Source: Candidatus Geocrenenecus huangii (lineage in GTDB: Archaea; Thermoproteota; Nitrososphaeria_A; Caldarchaeales; Wolframiiraptoraceae). From it: a stretch of DNA of 64,000 nt. The stretch is taken from positions 64,001 to 128,000 of the forward strand of contig JALNLM010000001.1 of NCBI GenBank assembly GCA_023254095.1, read 5' to 3'. The notes under the pieces are model-generated. The model worked only from the letters and a program-made list of their open reading frames with translations, was not told the origin of the DNA and searched no databases. Shown here piece after piece: positions 59,962-64,000 of this stretch; within the stretch, counting starts at the first letter, position 1; each line of letters begins with the position of its first letter. The position numbers and the translations under genes are program-made.

Positions 59962-60446
59962 GAGAACCACCAAAACCGATACGAAGAAAGAAGAAATCTA
60001 ATGCATTCATGGTAGAAGTCGAATCTAAAACTCTATATGAGCTACTCAGGAAACTAATAGACATAAATAAAATAGCGCCTTTCGTTGAGTACTGTGAAGA
60101 GTGTATGAGGAGGTTTGCAAGAAGTTTCTTTGACAGTGAAGGGTGCGTAAGTAAAAATGGACAAATTTCCTGCTCCAACAGCGATCTACAGCTTCTTCAG
60201 TATGTCAGGAAGATTCTAAATCTTCTTGGGATAAGAACGACTGAACCAAAGATATGTGTGAAGAAGGAGACTGCATTATTCGACAGAAGAAAAGGGAAGA
60301 CATATACTGCAAAGAAGGATGTATATCGCATTTATGTTAGAATGTCAGACGTATTAAGGTTCTATCAATTGATTGGATTTACTATATAGAGAAAGTAGAA
60401 AAGACTCGAAGAATATCTTAAGACACATGGACTACTAACAATATAG
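59961..60446 (+). pseudogene. Decayed free-standing LAGLIDADG homing endonuclease
   Basis: RFARSFFDSEGCV motif, NSDLQLL, F...IGFTI. 5'-truncated, with in-frame TAG stops at 60387 and 60396 (GFTI*RK*KRLEE). Confidence 0.82.
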
Positions 60447-60494
60447 CCCCCACAACCCCACTCTATTTTTTAACCCACTCATAATATAATATAC

Positions 60495-60570
60495 TGGAGC
60501 CCGGGGAGGGATTTGAACCCCCGTGTAGCGGGTCTGCAGCCCGCCGCCTAAACCACTCGGCCACCCGGGC
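60495..60570 (-). tRNA. tRNA-Cys(GCA), CCA encoded, no intron
   Basis: GCCCGGG...GCGGG-CTGCAGA-CCCGC...TTCAAAT...CCCGGGC-T-CCA; U73 discriminator. Confidence 0.95.
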
Positions 60571-61177
60571 ATCCTTTAGGGTTCCTGATTCTCTATATAT
60601 TTAGAGATACTTAAAAATTTTAACTTGGTTTATCCCAGGTAGATCTATCTAAGATACTCAAATGGTTGAGGTTTTGTAGTAGTTTAGATGAGATTATAAT
60701 CGCTAATCTTGAAATCATATCTATGGCCTCAGAGACAGATAAGAATATACACAGGTTTAAGTTGAGTACCTTATTTTTCAGATAACAACATTTATATACT
60801 AAGTTTTCCATGAAATTACTACAAATATAAACAGCAGAAACGCTATTCTACAACTTTGTTTAATATATGCTATCAACAATAGAGGACAACATTATTGGTA
60901 GGCTCTCCGGGGATAGATAAAAGCGTATCTGATGTCTCTATAGCAGATCTTAGAACCTCCCGAGAATGTTAAGTCTCTCCAAGACTCTGTAAGTTAGTCA
61001 GGGGAAACAATCTAGGAAGCACAGAGTAGAATAGCATCATCTGTTAAGAAAGTGGACGTAATGGGCCGACCGGCGTATCTTTACGTATAGGGTGTCACGG
61101 TGGCTTTTCTCTATGTGTTTCTCATTAAATTTAAAGAGTAGACTATCGGATAATTTCTCGGTAGTGGTGGAGGCAGA

Positions 61178-61951
61178 TTGAGTTTCGTTAGGAGGAGGAG
61201 TGTTATCAATTTATTGAAGTCTAGGAGAAGTATCAGGGTATTTAGTCCTGTAAGCATCCCTGATGAAGTAGTCAAACTACTTGTAGAAGTAGGTGAGAGA
61301 GCTCCAACATTTTTCCAAATGTACTCGATTATCTGGGTTAAGAGTCAGGAGAAGAAGGAGAAACTAGCTGAACTCTGCAGGGGAGAGATTGTAAAAAATG
61401 CATCGATAATCTTACTGGTATGTGGAGATTTGAGGAGAATGTATAGGATGCTGAATCTGCTCGAGCATAAGCATGTCCTAACATCAGATAAACATCCAGT
61501 TGAGACGATAATGTCTATATTTGATGCAGCTTTAACTGTCGAGAATATAATAATTGCTGCTGAATCTCTAGGCTTAGGGTCAGTCATACTTGATTGCCCC
61601 ATACTATACGCTCCAGCCATTACACAATTATTCCAGCTTCCTAAAGGAGTTGTGCCGCTCACTCTGATATGCATTGGTGTTAGAGGGGAATCACCACCAC
61701 TGAGACCTAGACTCCCATTAAATATCGTCCTGCATGAAGACATGTATAGAGAGCCAACTGATGAAGAATTGAAAAATTTCTTATCCACTCTAGAGAAACA
61801 CATGGAATATGAAAATTACGTCAAGAAGTACACCGGTAGGGAAGTCAAGTACATTGATTATATTAAGGCGAAGACGGAGCTAACTAAGGAGACGGAGAAA
61901 GAAAATGAAGCATTAATCAAGTATCTGAGAGAAAACATGTTTAGGATCTAA
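61178..61951 (+). CDS. Nitroreductase (NfsA/FRP-like)
   Basis: RRSIRVF, APT...Q.YSII, AAESLGLGSV, RPRLP..VLHE. Confidence 0.88.
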   Translation: MSFVRRRSVINLLKSRRSIRVFSPVSIPDEVVKLLVEVGERAPTFFQMYSIIWVKSQEKKEKLAELCRGEIVKNASIILLVCGDLRRMYRMLNLLEHKHVLTSDKHPVETIMSIFDAALTVENIIIAAESLGLGSVILDCPILYAPAITQLFQLPKGVVPLTLICIGVRGESPPLRPRLPLNIVLHEDMYREPTDEELKNFLSTLEKHMEYENYVKKYTGREVKYIDYIKAKTELTKETEKENEALIKYLRENMFRI

Positions 61952-62002
61952 TCAGTAAACTTATTTAACTAATTTTTCCAAATTATAGCCAGTGTTAAGA
62001 GA

Positions 62003-63070
62003 ATGGAAGCAGGGAAAAATATTCTTAACTTCTTAGAAGATTATGGTAAGAGAATTACAGCTGAGATAGAAAGATTAGTACCTAGGAGGATCGATCAAGA
62101 AGGAATATCTAAGTTCTTAGGTGAACCATTCTTCAAGTATGAGCCGAAGTCAATAAATGTCTCAATACTAGATCCTTTCTGGGACCTTATAGATAGAGGT
62201 GGAAAGAGGTGGAGACCGGCGTTAACAATCATCATTTACGAAGCTCTAGGCGGGAAGATGGAAGATATCCTACCATTAACGGTTATCCCAGAGATCATAC
62301 ATAATGGGACTCTAGTGGTAGATGATGTAGAAGATGAAAGCGATTACAGGAGGGGCAAACCATGTATCCACAAGATCTATGGAGTAGATATAGCGATAAA
62401 CATGGGGAACACTATGTATTTCCTCCCATTACTAGCGCTCTCAAAGGTCAATATCTCAGATGATAAGAAGTTGAGGATACTCGAGGAATACATTAAAACG
62501 ATGATGGAGCTTAGCTTTGGCCAAGCAATGGATATCGCTTGGCACAGAGGTCTAGTGGACGATGTCACGGAAGAACAGTACATGCAGATGACATTACTTA
62601 AAACTGGGGCACTAGCCAGATTCTCTGCAAAAATAGCATGTATAGTAGCAGAAGCATCGAGAAAAGTTGAAGAAAAGATCTCGAGATTCTCTGAATCTCT
62701 TGCAGTCGCTTTTCAGATTCAAGATGATGTACTAAACATTGCTGGAGAAGAATCAAAGTACGGAAAAGAGATAGGTGGAGATATAAGAGAGGGAAAAAGA
62801 ACTCTATTAGTAGTGTATGCTCTCAGAAACCTACCTTTGGAAAAAGCTGAGCGTTTAAGAAGAATACTCAAAATGAGAACAAATGATAACAGATTGATTC
62901 GGGAAGCTATAGAGCTCTTGAAGGAGTCGGGAGCTATAGAGTATGCTAGGAAGACATGTATAGAGCTTGTATCAAGATCGTGGAATGAGCTTAACGAAGT
63001 TCTACCGGAATCTCCGGCTAAAGAAAAACTAAAAGCCTTATCAGACTTCCTAATCACTAGAGAATTCTAA
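62003..63070 (+). CDS. Polyprenyl (geranylgeranyl) diphosphate synthase
   Basis: GGKRWRP, VVDDVED...RRG (FARM), GQAMD, KTG, FQIQDD (SARM). Confidence 0.93.
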   Translation: MEAGKNILNFLEDYGKRITAEIERLVPRRIDQEGISKFLGEPFFKYEPKSINVSILDPFWDLIDRGGKRWRPALTIIIYEALGGKMEDILPLTVIPEIIHNGTLVVDDVEDESDYRRGKPCIHKIYGVDIAINMGNTMYFLPLLALSKVNISDDKKLRILEEYIKTMMELSFGQAMDIAWHRGLVDDVTEEQYMQMTLLKTGALARFSAKIACIVAEASRKVEEKISRFSESLAVAFQIQDDVLNIAGEESKYGKEIGGDIREGKRTLLVVYALRNLPLEKAERLRRILKMRTNDNRLIREAIELLKESGAIEYARKTCIELVSRSWNELNEVLPESPAKEKLKALSDFLITREF

Positions 63071-63113
63071 TTTTCGCTCCAAGGATCCTAGGATATTTGA
63101 ATATCCACTATTC

Positions 63114-64000
63114 TCATGGATATAGTTTTCTTTCGAGCTCTGCTAATCTTCTAAATGCTTCAAGTTTCTCTTCTCTATCCACTGAGGTTGATTCCAAGAT
63201 CGATCTTAGGAAGTTTATCGACTCATCCATTCTCTTTCTTGATACCGGGTAAGGGACTCCATCTTTTCCACCATGAGCGAAAGTGAATCTTAACGGATCT
63301 CTCCAATCTATCTGTGACCCGTAGATCAGCGTAGAGATTAGAGCCAAAGCCCTCAGGGTTGAGGGGCCGAGCCCTTCTATCTGGATTAATTCTTCATAAT
63401 CGCTAGGCTTTATATTGTATGCTTTATTGACCGCTTTCCAGTTTATCTTTCTAGGCATTTCTAGGTGAGGAGGTAGCTGTAACTCGTGGTCAGCTTCAAT
63501 CCATCTCGTTAATGTCTCCTGCTTATTCAATGAGAGATTTATTAATCTAACTAGCTTTCCAGGATTTTCACAGATAAGGTCAACTGAGGTCTTCCTAGCT
63601 TCTCTGCTTCTACTGGATGTTAGGTTGAGAACAGTTTCTTCTACTCTATCTCCAGCTATTCCACTATGCGGCTCTTCTACGAAGCTTGATACTTTTTCGC
63701 CGATCCAATGATATCTTCTAGCATACTTACTATTCAGATTCATCCCCTGTTGTACTATGCCCCAGTCTCCATCTTCAGTAAATATTATTGCATGATGATA
63801 TATGCTGTAGCCATCTTGAAGAACAGCGTTATCTACTTTGGCTGAGAGTCTACTCACCTTAACGAGCTTGGCCTTTACTTCTTCAGGTATATTTAACTTG
63901 TAGATCATTTCAGGAGTCTTAACGCCCATAGCTCCTTTACCTCCAACTACTGCTAATCCATGGGTATCTATCTTAATCGATTCTCTAAGCGCTCCCATTA
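63114..64000 (-). CDS. DUF763 family protein (5' end outside the window)
   Basis: AKVDNAVLQDGY, VQQGMN, ARRYHW, FAHGGKDGVPYPV. Confidence 0.9.
   Translation of the reverse strand, partial: MGALRESIKIDTHGLAVVGGKGAMGVKTPEMIYKLNIPEEVKAKLVKVSRLSAKVDNAVLQDGYSIYHHAIIFTEDGDWGIVQQGMNLNSKYARRYHWIGEKVSSFVEEPHSGIAGDRVEETVLNLTSSRSREARKTSVDLICENPGKLVRLINLSLNKQETLTRWIEADHELQLPPHLEMPRKINWKAVNKAYNIKPSDYEELIQIEGLGPSTLRALALISTLIYGSQIDWRDPLRFTFAHGGKDGVPYPVSRKRMDESINFLRSILESTSVDREEKLEAFRRLAELERKLYP

Noticed and set aside
60387-60398. Two in-frame TAG codons in the LAGLIDADG gene as amber recoding (pyrrolysine or alternative code)
   Set aside because: TAG ends many intact genes in this window, the gene is also 5'-truncated, and single-base GAG/CAG-to-TAG changes explain the stops.
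60620-60811. 63-aa ORF upstream of tRNA-Cys
   Set aside because: AT-rich, no SD or motif; probably degenerate sequence.

Overview
Gene-dense archaeal chromosomal segment of mostly core genes. The mix of PolD DP2, Elf1, Alba, separate GINS15 and GINS23, FtsZ, BHB tRNA introns and frequent TTG starts points to a thermophilic TACK lineage, most plausibly Aigarchaeota/Caldarchaeales (inference). It carries genes for replication and repair (MCM, GINS, Hel308, PriS, PolD, ligase, HerA/NurA), translation and tRNA handling (MetRS, PheRS-alpha, AlaX, Trm11, Bud32, eL42), lipid synthesis (GGGPS, GGPP synthase) and methanopterin-type pterin synthesis, plus four tRNAs (Gly-TCC with one intron, Lys-TTT with two, Ile-CAT, Cys-GCA). 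Two small decayed accessory patches lie next to tRNAs (~8.2-12.5 kb and ~59.1-61.2 kb). The most unusual signals: (1) metG and pheS have no canonical in-frame start codon before their conserved N-termini, and SD spacing points to CTC and ATT; (2) a YqgF-like nuclease gene overlaps a Clp1/Grc3 RNA kinase gene; (3) a stand-alone HerA-NurA pair; (4) an intact class III aminotransferase lacking its PLP lysine; (5) a two-intron tRNA-Lys whose splicing motifs imply a fixed removal order; (6) a decayed LAGLIDADG gene next to the only CCA-encoding tRNA. No CRISPR array, rRNA, integrase or intein was seen. All calls come from motif recognition, not database searches.
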